Assembly (NCBI GenBank): GCA_021107945.1
Contig: JAIORV010000097.1
Location: 2,972-66,971, forward strand
Direction: 5' to 3'
Source: Vulcanimicrobiota bacterium
Lineage (GTDB): Bacteria > Vulcanimicrobiota > JAJTBE01
Length of the DNA: 64,000 bases
Below are positions 45,395 to 54,873 of the stretch, piece by piece. The notes under the pieces are model-generated. The model ran no database searches and was not told where the DNA came from. It was given only the letters and a program-made list of their open reading frames with translations. The translations under genes were made by a program, and so were the position numbers. Position 1 is the first letter of the stretch. Each line of letters starts with the position of its first letter.

Positions 45395-45730
45395 AACAGG
45401 CGATAGGAGTTACACATTTTGTCATTGCATACTCCTGAGCGGAAAACGATTATTTTACTTCACTTGATCAACCCTGGCAAGGAAAAATATACTATACTTC
45501 TGATGTCTTTCACAGCGAAGGATCTCACCCCGGCGTTTATGCTTCAAGATAATCCTCCTTCACTATTGAGACTTGCTCCCTCCAGACCATTGGAGTTTAG
45601 ATTCTTCGCTGTGTCAATTTGCGAGCATCAAATAAACCCCGTCTTGAGAAAGTCGTCGGAATCAAGTGTTTCATTCTTGATCCGCTCAGAACGACAGTTT
45701 GCATGCTCAAAATGACAAGAAGTCCCAGGG
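45395..45730. mobile_element. second full-length, more diverged copy of the MITE-like element
   Basis: tgtcattgcatactcctgagcgg (45420-45442) at one end. ccgctcagaacgacagtttgcatgctcaaaatgacaagaagtcc (45682-45725) at the other. The internal core (agattcttcgctgtgtcaa...cccgtcttgagaaagtcgtcgga) matches 35470-35520. Confidence 0.5.
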
Positions 45731-45901
45731 GACTGAATAATTACGATAACTTACCATTATCAAGTTACAAAGGATAGCTTCTTACTATATATTATTTCTC
45801 GTGATTTTTCTATTTCCTTTTCAGATTCGGGTATTTAGGTAACAGGGATATGACTTGTTGTATAGAAAAATTCCTCCAAATCAAATTTTAAGGAGAAAAT
45901 A

Positions 45902-48190
45902 ATGTCCGGAAAATCAATCAACTTCGCATTCGGAATACATAACCACCAGCCCGTGGGGAATTTTGACTCGGTATTTGAAGAATCGTATGAAAAAGCATAC
46001 CTGCCGTTTCTTGAATGTCTGGAAAATCACCCGCATATGAAGGTCGTTTTTCACAACTCGGGACCTATTTGGGACTATTACCAGCAAGAAAAGCCCGAGT
46101 GGATAGAGAAGATAAGAAAACTTGTAAAAGAAGGCAGAATGGAGATGCTCTCCGGGGGATATTATGAGCCTATACTTGTAAACATATCGGATCGCGACAA
46201 AATCGAGCAAATAAAAAAAATGAATAGAAAAATTCGAAGGGAAACAGGAACTCAGCCCCGGGGGATGTGGTGCGCCGAACGAGTATGGGAGCCTCACCTT
46301 GCAAAGCCTATTTGCCTTGCCGATATGAAATATGTGATCCTGGACGAATATCACCTTCGATCCGCCGGACTGGCCGAGGACGATATATTCGGCTACCACG
46401 TAACCGACGAGCAGGGATTTCCCCTGGCAATATTCCCCACTCATTATTTCCTGCGTCACAATATACCATACGGCACGCCGGAAGAGGTGATGGAATATCT
46501 GGAAAAATGGGCATCTGAAGACGGTGACAGACTCGCATTTTTTGCCGACGACGGCGAGAAATTCGGAGTATGGCCCAAAAGTTATCAAGCCTGCTGGGAA
46601 GAGGGATGGGTTGATAAATTATTCAGCCTTCTGAAGAAGAATGAAGACTGGATAAATATTGTTACCCCGTCGGAATATATGGATAAATATCCCCCAAAAG
46701 GCAGGGTATATCCGCCGACGGCCTCATATTTCGAGATGTCAGGCTGGGCGCTTCCCGCAAAAACGGGGGTTGAGTTTAATAAGATAACCGATGAATTCAG
46801 ACAAGAGGATAGATGGGACGAGCTTCGCAACTTCTTGAGAGGCGGTTTCTGGAGAAACTTCCTTGCCAAGTATCCCGAGTCAAACCATATTCAGAAAAAA
46901 GCTCTTTTTGTAAGCGAAAAAGTGAGTAAATTGACAGGCAAAGTAAGAGAAGATGCTCTTACCGAGCTTTTCATGGGGCAATGTAACTGTGCATACTGGC
47001 ACGGCGTATTCGGGGGAATCTATTTACCTCACCTTCGTCATGCCATTCAGGAACATCTTATAAATGCCGAGATAATTGCAGATGAGGAGAAACATGGCGC
47101 AGAACCTTTCAAGGAGATCCTGAAGGTTGACATAAACCGGGATATGCAAAATGAAGTTATCATAAACACACTAAACTTCGGACTATACTTTATCCCTCAC
47201 CTGGGAGGAGCATTGAACGAGCTTGATTACAAGCTCGAGGCGATCAATTATTGCGACACTCTGACCCGCCGCCCCGAGTCATACCACGAAAATGTGAAGA
47301 ACCTGAAAGATGAGGATATTACTGAAGATTCGGATATCGAGGATATAGCGGATCTCAACAGGGCGAAGGACAAGAAACTCAAGGATCTGTTAAAGTATGA
47401 CAAATATGAGAGACATTCTTTTCTTGATCACTTCATCGGGAAGGATGTGGATATTGACTCTTTCAGGAATTGCCAATATGAGGAATTGGGCGATTTTATA
47501 GGAAAGCCATACGAAATTTTCACATCAACCAAGGATGATAAGGCCGCATTGACGCTGTCGAGAAAGGGCATGGTAGAAACCGACGATGATGAAATTCCCG
47601 TGGAGATAGAAAAGACTTTCTTCGTTCCCGAGGTAGGCGATACGATACAGATTCAGTACTGGATAATAAATGATTCCGATGATCCTCTGATCGTCAGATA
47701 CGGATGCGAACTGGATTTCTCAATCCTCTCAAAGGAAATGGACACGAATTTCATTTATACCGAGCAGACGGTTGTTGAAAAGAAAGAAGAGCGTCTTGAG
47801 GTTCACAAGTTCGCCCTTGATTCGGTGGGAGAGCATGAAAACATCTCCAAAATATCGATCCGGGACGGCCACAGGTTCACGAAAATTCACATCGAAACCG
47901 AGAGAGAAGCCGACGAACTATGGCGTTTCCCCATAGAAACCGTTTCAATGTCCGAGGAAGGCTTCGAAAAGATATACCAGTCAACGGTACTCATGCCCAT
48001 CTGGAATATTGTGCTGGAACCCGGCGACAGTTGGGAAAACAATATGGAGATAATATTCGAGCCGATAGAAGAAGAGGATGAAGAGGCAGATGCAAAAACG
48101 GCCGGCGATGAGGAGCTTGATACGGAAGAGATGAATATAAATGACATTGAAGAAGAAGAGTTACCGGAGGAGGATGTTCTTAAGGTTTAG
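45902..48190 (+). CDS. glycoside hydrolase family 57 enzyme (alpha-amylase / 4-alpha-glucanotransferase / branching-enzyme-like) with acidic C-terminal tail
   Basis: N-terminal FAFGIHNHQPVGNF is the GH57 hallmark. GGYYEPIL and WCAERVWEP are conserved GH57 regions. The C-terminal 60 aa are poly-acidic. Confidence 0.8.
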   Translation: MSGKSINFAFGIHNHQPVGNFDSVFEESYEKAYLPFLECLENHPHMKVVFHNSGPIWDYYQQEKPEWIEKIRKLVKEGRMEMLSGGYYEPILVNISDRDKIEQIKKMNRKIRRETGTQPRGMWCAERVWEPHLAKPICLADMKYVILDEYHLRSAGLAEDDIFGYHVTDEQGFPLAIFPTHYFLRHNIPYGTPEEVMEYLEKWASEDGDRLAFFADDGEKFGVWPKSYQACWEEGWVDKLFSLLKKNEDWINIVTPSEYMDKYPPKGRVYPPTASYFEMSGWALPAKTGVEFNKITDEFRQEDRWDELRNFLRGGFWRNFLAKYPESNHIQKKALFVSEKVSKLTGKVREDALTELFMGQCNCAYWHGVFGGIYLPHLRHAIQEHLINAEIIADEEKHGAEPFKEILKVDINRDMQNEVIINTLNFGLYFIPHLGGALNELDYKLEAINYCDTLTRRPESYHENVKNLKDEDITEDSDIEDIADLNRAKDKKLKDLLKYDKYERHSFLDHFIGKDVDIDSFRNCQYEELGDFIGKPYEIFTSTKDDKAALTLSRKGMVETDDDEIPVEIEKTFFVPEVGDTIQIQYWIINDSDDPLIVRYGCELDFSILSKEMDTNFIYTEQTVVEKKEERLEVHKFALDSVGEHENISKISIRDGHRFTKIHIETEREADELWRFPIETVSMSEEGFEKIYQSTVLMPIWNIVLEPGDSWENNMEIIFEPIEEEDEEADAKTAGDEELDTEEMNINDIEEEELPEEDVLKV

Positions 48191-48239
48191 GTCGCAAAGC
48201 TTCATCCCTGGAACTTAAGCTATTTCTACAAGATAATGT

Positions 48240-48440
48240 CTTGTTATTAGGGCGGCGAGACGCCACCCCCACCATTCTTTTGTTATTTGGGCGGCGGGAT
48301 GCTGCCTCTACCATTATATCAACATAGGTGGCTGCGGCGTCTCGCCGCAGTTAAAAAAGGATAATACTTATTTGAAACAGCTTATCCTTTTTCCCATTTC
48401 CCATTTCCCATTTGAAGCAGGGTTCAATCGACGGAAATAG
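48240..48440. repeat. GCGGCGAGACGCCGC inverted-repeat element (inverted orientation, larger loop) plus tttcccatttcccatttccc words
   Basis: gggcggcgagacgccacccccacc...ggtggctgcggcgtctcgccgcag, then ttttcccatttcccatttcccatttgaag. Confidence 0.75.
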
Positions 48441-48535
48441 AACTTTGATTTATTCAGCATATTAAACAAATGTAAGGGAGTAAAATATTAATAGAATTTC
48501 TTGTTTCCATCAAATTAAAATGGAGGTAATAAGAC

Positions 48536-49771
48536 GTGAAAGAATTAAAAATTGGACTTCTTCTGGGCAACGAGATTTCCATGCCCGATGCTTTTGAGGG
48601 ACTGCTTAAAAAGCTCAATCTCAATATCAAGTATAATGGCGAAACATTTACATTCAACACAGACAGGATACTCATCGAGCCTTTCAATATCAGGTACAAG
48701 CCCAATTACGATATGATAATCGAGAGAGTGAGTCACTGGCATACAAACCCGAGAGAGTGGCTGAAAAAAATTATTATTGATGGTGTATATGTTGTAAACA
48801 ACCCATTTAGTTTCCAGTCGATGGAAAAACATACCGGGTTCTGCCTGCTGGCAAAACTGGGGGTATTCATTCCCAACACATGGCTTCTTCCCCAGAAAGA
48901 CCAGTCGGATCTTCTCCAGGAAGCATTGGAGCTTTACAGCACATTTTTCGATCTGGATGAAATCGCCGACAGCATAGGCTACCCTATGTATATAAAACCT
49001 TATGACGGCGGCGGTTGGGTTGGCGTAAAGAGGCTTGAGAACCGCGCGGATCTTCATGAGACTTATAATGGTTCAGGCAAGAGGATGATGCACCTGCAAA
49101 AGTCGGTTGAATACGACAAGTTCTGCCGCGCTTTGAATATAGGTCCGCAAATTTTGCCGATGCAATATGATCCGGATCGCCCGCTTCACGAGAGATATGT
49201 AATAAACTTCGACTTCCTCACTCCTTCTGAAGGAGAAAAGATGGTCAAGATAACGAAGCTTGTCGGTTCCATATTCGGCTGGGAGTATAATTCCTGCGAG
49301 GTGGGCATAATAGACGGGACGCTTTATCCTATCGACTTCTCGAATCCCGTACCGGATAGTTCCGTTATGTCGCTTCATTTCTACTTCCCCTGGATAATTA
49401 AATCACTTATTCGCTGGGTAACATTCTGTGGTGTCACGGGCAGAAAGTTTAGGTTCGACCTCAACTGGCAGAAATATCTTGAAATTGCAGACATGGACAT
49501 TGATTTCATGGAGAAGCTTGATAAATACATGGAGCTTTCTGCAGATTACTTCGAGGAAGATAAGTTTAAGGAATATTGCGACAAACATTTACCCCATCTT
49601 GATGAGGTCGCTTTTGAATATTTCACTTCGCCCGAAATGGACAAGATAATCGAGAAGAAAGTCACGAAGAAATTCCCGGAACATGAGCATGAGGAATTCA
49701 TCGATCACTACAAGGGTCTCAGAGATTTCTGGGCAAAGTGTGAGTATAATAAATTAACGACGAATGAGTAA
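48536..49771 (+). CDS. ATP-grasp fold protein (RimK/glutathione-synthetase-like), hypothetical
   Basis: GTG start after GGAGGT. Central YPMYIKPYDGGGWVGVKRLEN with downstream acidic residues resembles the ATP-grasp nucleotide-binding core. Confidence 0.45.
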   Translation: MKELKIGLLLGNEISMPDAFEGLLKKLNLNIKYNGETFTFNTDRILIEPFNIRYKPNYDMIIERVSHWHTNPREWLKKIIIDGVYVVNNPFSFQSMEKHTGFCLLAKLGVFIPNTWLLPQKDQSDLLQEALELYSTFFDLDEIADSIGYPMYIKPYDGGGWVGVKRLENRADLHETYNGSGKRMMHLQKSVEYDKFCRALNIGPQILPMQYDPDRPLHERYVINFDFLTPSEGEKMVKITKLVGSIFGWEYNSCEVGIIDGTLYPIDFSNPVPDSSVMSLHFYFPWIIKSLIRWVTFCGVTGRKFRFDLNWQKYLEIADMDIDFMEKLDKYMELSADYFEEDKFKEYCDKHLPHLDEVAFEYFTSPEMDKIIEKKVTKKFPEHEHEEFIDHYKGLRDFWAKCEYNKLTTNE

Positions 49772-49900
49772 AACAAAGAATGGATGTCGGAGAACGGGAG
49801 CCGAACTCTACCACGAAGTCACGAAGGACACGGAGTCTTTATAAATGATGGTTCTTCGTGAACTCCGTGGCTTCGTGGTGAAAAACCTTCGTTCTCCCTA

Positions 49901-50908
49901 TCACTCATGTATCTCGATAACGGCCTCGTCCTGAAGAGGATGGTGTTGATCCACCGGTTGTCCGTCATAATATCCCTTACCCCATATCCTGGCAAAACGC
50001 ATATTTCTGGCGAGATCCTTGTGTATATGATATGCGAGATCCTCGACGGTCTTCCCCGCTTTTAAAATGAACGGATGTTTCACGTCAGGTTTTCTGCCGG
50101 GTGTTTTTGTATATACCCTGATAACATCCAGGTTGTCAAATATCGCTCTTTTAAATTCACTAATACCCTCGCCCGTTTCACAAGATATGGGAAAAATCTT
50201 GAACTTCTCACCAAAAAATTCCTTCAGGATCTCCAGGTGCTCACCTGCAATTTCTATATCCATCTTGTTTGCCGCCAGCAAAGTCTTTTTCTTGCTAAAT
50301 CCGGGAACAGGCTTTTCTTTCAAAAATTCTCTTGTTAATGTTATCCTGCCGTCCTCGAGGATAGAAATTAAATTGTCCAGGTTATCAAGGATGTCGGGAT
50401 TACTCAAATCCGCAACCAGAATTGCTACATCCGCATTCCGGATCAGCCCCAGAACCCATCTTTCGTAATAATCAGGATGTATGGCGGGGGTATCGACAAG
50501 CTGAATCTGAATATCTTCAAAGGGCATCATTGCAGGCTGCATAATCCTGGTTGTGAAAGGATAGTCCCCGACATTAAATTGTGCATTTGTAACCGTATTG
50601 ACAAGCCTGGTTTTTCCGGCGTTGGGCGGTCCCATCAATATGACCTGTCCCGCTCCTTGCTTTTCAACATGATATGAAAGCTGCCTTTTGCCACCCTTTT
50701 TCAATTCACCCTTTTTAAGCTTTGCAATTCTGCGCTTTATGTCGGCTTGCATCTTATCCGTTCCCTTGTGTTTCGGGATAGTTGTAAGCATCAACTCAAG
50801 ATATTCGAGCTTTTCTTCGGATGTTTTTGCCTGTCTGTATTTTTCTTCCGCATTCCTATATTCGGGAGTCAGGTTGGCAGACACAATCATCAACTCCTTT
50901 ACAAACAA
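49901..50908 (-). CDS. DRG-family GTPase (Obg-class, developmentally regulated GTP-binding protein-like) with C-terminal TGS domain
   Basis: N-terminal helical region with KHKGTDKMQADIKRRIAKLKK. G1 GPPNAGKT, G2 YPFTT, G3 DTPA. C-terminal VIRVYTKTPGRKPDVKHPFIL..TVEDLAYHIHKDLARNMRFARIWG parallels the DRG TGS region. Confidence 0.65.
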   Translation of the reverse strand: MFVKELMIVSANLTPEYRNAEEKYRQAKTSEEKLEYLELMLTTIPKHKGTDKMQADIKRRIAKLKKGELKKGGKRQLSYHVEKQGAGQVILMGPPNAGKTRLVNTVTNAQFNVGDYPFTTRIMQPAMMPFEDIQIQLVDTPAIHPDYYERWVLGLIRNADVAILVADLSNPDILDNLDNLISILEDGRITLTREFLKEKPVPGFSKKKTLLAANKMDIEIAGEHLEILKEFFGEKFKIFPISCETGEGISEFKRAIFDNLDVIRVYTKTPGRKPDVKHPFILKAGKTVEDLAYHIHKDLARNMRFARIWGKGYYDGQPVDQHHPLQDEAVIEIHE

Positions 50909-51122
50909 TAATATATTTTTTCAATAAATATTTTTTATTGCTATCTCTACGTCCTCCACCATGAATAGTCATATTTTGTTTCAGTATTATTTTCGTGATT
51001 CGATTCAAATTCCCCTTGCACTTTTCAACAGGGAAATTGGATTAATGTATAATGCAGGAATTAAAAAAGGGAAGCTAACTGTAATTTGCTTCCCTTCTCC
51101 TGATTTAATTATGTGAATATTA

Positions 51123-52556
51123 TTATTTTTCCGACGGTCCAACGGGAGGTTCGTTCAATCCATATCCGGGAGGTCCGGTAGTAGCTTTCTTTCTGGCCTC
51201 GTTATCCAGAATACTCCTGCCAGATTTTTTCGAATCAGATTGGTCCGACGAGCTTCCTCCTTCATATCTCGATGGAGGCTGTCCACCGGATCCTTCTTTA
51301 CCGTCTGAGTGAACATTCTGCATTTTTTCCGTCGGTTGCGGTGTCGGCTTGCCTTTATATCCGGGAGGCGGAGGTGGATCTTGCGCTTTGCCGTCATTTG
51401 TTCCAACACCCGGCGGCATCGGTGGTTGAAAAGGAGCGGAAGAACCCGAGTGGGTATTTATCATTTCTCCCCTGTTATTAGTGGGCGGTCGATGTGCCTG
51501 CGGCGCTTTCGCAGGTTTATGTGCCGATTGTTTGTGTGTGGATGTCGGATGTTTTGGTGGGAATACCGGTTGTTTTGCTGAAGATTTCGGTTGTTTTGCC
51601 GGGGACATCTGTTTAATATGCATCGGGGCTTTTGCTGATTCTTTTTCAATCCCTACAGGCATTTCCTCAAGAGCTTTTTCCCTTGCCAATTTCTTTGGAA
51701 TTGGCAGCACAATGGGACTTGCTCCCAGCAGGTTCTCGCTCTTGATGAGCAAATTCCACTTCTGCCAATCGGTTTTTAAACGTCTGATGCTCAGAAGGTC
51801 CGGGGGAGGTGGAATAATATTGCCCGCTTTGTCGATAAAGAGCATCTTTCCCTTATCAATATAGATTTCTTTTTCCGGGTCTTTTTTTGGCATGAAAGAA
51901 AGCTTACCATTCCAGGAATATATATGAGCATTATCATTTTTAAGCACTATTTCAAAATCGTTTCCGTCTCCCTTGATAACCCCCCTGGGGGTTGTTACTT
52001 CAAAAATATCTCCCCCACCTTCAATCCACATTCTCCCTTCTTCCAGAACCAACTTAACTCTCTGTTTGAAATTTGTTGTTTCTTCCGATGACTCAAACAT
52101 AAATTTTGTATCTGAATCGGTCCTGACGGAATGTGCAGACCCGGGAATAGCGAAAATATTTCTCCTGGAGTCATTTCCTGTGAGAATCTTTATTCCAAAG
52201 GGAATCTCTCCCTCTTTTTTAGGTGTCCATGTATCAACCTTTTCGTTATAGATCGAAAAATCGGAGTCAACAAATATCGGTTTCAATTTTCCAGTGGATG
52301 CCCTGCTCGGTATTGCCACATGTCCATTTTTTTTCTGATTCTTGTTTGTGCCTGAAAGGGAATAAACGCCTATGGCGGAGATTAAGAGCAGGAAGATTAC
52401 CGCTCCGATAAAAATTGGTTGCCCCAGTGCGGACTTCTTTTTTCGGGGAGGGATTAGAAGCGGAGCATTCTTTGCCTCGATAACGGGTTGCTCGTCAGAG
52501 CCATTTTTTGCTCTTTCCTTCTGCTCCAGGAAACTTTTATAATCAACCGGGTTCAT
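51123..52556 (-). CDS. membrane-anchored FecR-like domain protein with Pro-rich C-terminal region, hypothetical
   Basis: Single TM (IFIGAVIFLLLISAIGVYS). A beta-sandwich-like middle region follows. The C-terminal 180 aa are Pro/Gly/Lys-rich. Confidence 0.4.
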   Translation of the reverse strand: MNPVDYKSFLEQKERAKNGSDEQPVIEAKNAPLLIPPRKKKSALGQPIFIGAVIFLLLISAIGVYSLSGTNKNQKKNGHVAIPSRASTGKLKPIFVDSDFSIYNEKVDTWTPKKEGEIPFGIKILTGNDSRRNIFAIPGSAHSVRTDSDTKFMFESSEETTNFKQRVKLVLEEGRMWIEGGGDIFEVTTPRGVIKGDGNDFEIVLKNDNAHIYSWNGKLSFMPKKDPEKEIYIDKGKMLFIDKAGNIIPPPPDLLSIRRLKTDWQKWNLLIKSENLLGASPIVLPIPKKLAREKALEEMPVGIEKESAKAPMHIKQMSPAKQPKSSAKQPVFPPKHPTSTHKQSAHKPAKAPQAHRPPTNNRGEMINTHSGSSAPFQPPMPPGVGTNDGKAQDPPPPPGYKGKPTPQPTEKMQNVHSDGKEGSGGQPPSRYEGGSSSDQSDSKKSGRSILDNEARKKATTGPPGYGLNEPPVGPSEK

Positions 52557-53111
52557 AAACTCAACTCCATTCTTCTTTTATCCCAACCATGCTAATTATA
52601 CAATAAAAAGGGACGAAATAAAAGTGTTGCTTATTAATTATTCTCCTGTCTATTTCTACAATTTTCCAGAAAAAACATTCCCATTTTTTGTTTGTATTTT
52701 GAATTATTTGCAAGAAATACTTCCAACTTTTCCTTTTCAACTCATATCTTTCACCGCAGAGGACGCAGAGAGCACAGATCTTAATTGAGCAGGACTTGCG
52801 CATTTTGTCGTTGCGAGGAGGCGAAGCCGACGAAGTAATGACAATATTCCCGGTAAAAAGTGCTAAACCATAGCTTAACATTGACAATGTTAATATTGGA
52901 ATAAAAACCCTGAATAGGCTGACTAAAAAGTGTGTTGAGTCATCCTGAGCAGGAATATTTTCCTTGAATATTTGTTGCAACATGTTATAACTCCACAAAA
53001 AAACCTGGCAACATATTCATCGGGGCGTTTGTTGTAAATTATCGAACGGCAGGAATTTATGACAAATTGAAAAAACATTGTCCTTGACTATTAATATTTA
53101 ATTTAAGGATT

Positions 53112-54476
53112 GTGAGTTTAATTTTTATAAGGCACTTTGCAACAGAGGCATTAAATTTTTTACCGGGATTTTCAATTTCAGGATTGATAAGGACTTTTCA
53201 TGGTCTTGGTAATTTTATAATTTTTGGAATCTTGCTTCTTGTTATCATATATGTTTTTACATCAGTACTTTATTCAACCCTGAGAAAGTCTATCTCAAAG
53301 GAAACCGATGGCGAATATGGCGGTGTCTATTTTATTATTTTATCATTCGGTATTACATTCGGCGTCCTGATGTACTATATACTTCGTAGTAGTTTTCACT
53401 CCCTCAGGATTGATCCCATGGGTTCATATTATTACCTCCTGGGGAGCCGGACAACCTTGCCGGCAATAATTGCAGATGTCTTACTTGCTACGTCAGTATT
53501 GGTAGTTACGGGGTGCTGGATACGCATTTACCAGATTCTGCTTATAGAAGATATCGACAGAAGATTTCGCAAGCTGGTAAAACTACTCCCATATCTTTCC
53601 ATCTTTATGACGCTGGGACTATTAACGATAATATGGTTTTTTTATTCCAATGTCTTCCCTTTCTACTGGTATTTCTTTTCTTTTTTTATAATTTACGGGA
53701 TTATTCTTTATTTTTCTCATAAAGACTTTCTCAAGGTACTACAGATGAGAATGTCCAGATCATATGAGTTCGAGGAGCATTTCTCACTCAAGACCATTTC
53801 TATTATCGCCGGCATACTCCTGATTATCCTGATAGCTTTACCGAACATCTTCAGGATTGATAAATTTGCATTTTTCGTCATTCCCATAATGTCGGTTCAG
53901 CGTGTTCTGCCATTCTCTTATATTTTTATATTGTTTTTCGTATTATGGATTGTTTCAATGTATATCACACCGGGAAAAATATTCAGGCAATTAAAAGTGT
54001 TTTCCAGGTTTGTAGAAACCCCGGCAAGAATTTTATTTTTCACCCGGTTCACAAGAAAATTTCTATTCTTCTGGGGTGTAATTTTTCTATTTATTTCGTT
54101 TGTTTTATCGAGTGGCATTATGTTTGGTCCGGGGTTTTCAAATCCATACAAGAACGTAAAAAGGTGTGAAAATAATCTCCGACAAATTGGTGAGGCCATG
54201 GAGCAATGTATAGAGCAGTCTCATTATTTGCCAGATTCGAAAGCCTGGATAAAAAAGACCTGGCTTTCCAAGATAAAAGATAACAGGAAATTAAAGTACG
54301 TTCCTTATTGCCCTTCAGGTGGAGTATATGAATTTAAAAAATGGAGAGATAAAAAGGGCAGGGCGATGTATGAAATAAGGTGCTCCTGCGGCGCACACAG
54401 AAGAGCGCATATTAAGGATAATTTCTATCCCCGGTATATGAGGAAAAAGGGATTGATTAAAAGTTCAAAGAAATAG
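53112..54476 (+). CDS. polytopic membrane protein with Cys-containing C-terminal soluble domain, hypothetical
   Basis: At least eight hydrophobic helices. A basic C-terminal domain carries CENNLRQIGEAMEQC...CPSGG...CSCGAH. GTG start is uncertain. Confidence 0.4.
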   Translation: MSLIFIRHFATEALNFLPGFSISGLIRTFHGLGNFIIFGILLLVIIYVFTSVLYSTLRKSISKETDGEYGGVYFIILSFGITFGVLMYYILRSSFHSLRIDPMGSYYYLLGSRTTLPAIIADVLLATSVLVVTGCWIRIYQILLIEDIDRRFRKLVKLLPYLSIFMTLGLLTIIWFFYSNVFPFYWYFFSFFIIYGIILYFSHKDFLKVLQMRMSRSYEFEEHFSLKTISIIAGILLIILIALPNIFRIDKFAFFVIPIMSVQRVLPFSYIFILFFVLWIVSMYITPGKIFRQLKVFSRFVETPARILFFTRFTRKFLFFWGVIFLFISFVLSSGIMFGPGFSNPYKNVKRCENNLRQIGEAMEQCIEQSHYLPDSKAWIKKTWLSKIKDNRKLKYVPYCPSGGVYEFKKWRDKKGRAMYEIRCSCGAHRRAHIKDNFYPRYMRKKGLIKSSKK

Positions 54477-54515
54477 AGTTACAATACAGACAATCAAATA
54501 CAGGAGGTTGGCAAC

Positions 54516-54857
54516 ATGAAAAATACTCACAAAACATTCATATTTCTTACTGTGCTGGGCTTGGTTCTGATTTTTTTATCATCAGTTTCGGTACATGCCC
54601 AGTTGGTCATGAGCGAGCAGAAGATGAAAATTGTCAAGGTGGAGAGAGAGTTCAACCGCCTCCAGGCAAGGGTACATGAGGACAACAAGGGAAACGTACA
54701 GTATATACTTGTTGATGGCAATACGAAATTCTCACACAACAACCGTGAGGTCAGTTTTAATAAAGCCTGGAAAATGTTCAGAAAAGATATGATAATCCGG
54801 GTAAAGGGTGGAGTAACTATCACCGGAAAAATCAAGGCTAAACAGATATGGTGGTAG
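54516..54857 (+). CDS. small secreted protein (113 aa) with signal peptide, hypothetical
   Basis: Signal peptide MKNTHKTFIFLTVLGLVLIFLSSVSVHA. RBS aggaggt upstream. Confidence 0.45.
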   Translation: MKNTHKTFIFLTVLGLVLIFLSSVSVHAQLVMSEQKMKIVKVEREFNRLQARVHEDNKGNVQYILVDGNTKFSHNNREVSFNKAWKMFRKDMIIRVKGGVTITGKIKAKQIWW

Positions 54858-54873
54858 ATGGCTTCTGCTAATA

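Noticed and set aside
52561-52998. 145-aa minus-strand ORF
   Set aside because: It overlaps a degenerate MITE-like copy (52780-52945) and has no RBS or motif, so it is probably spurious.
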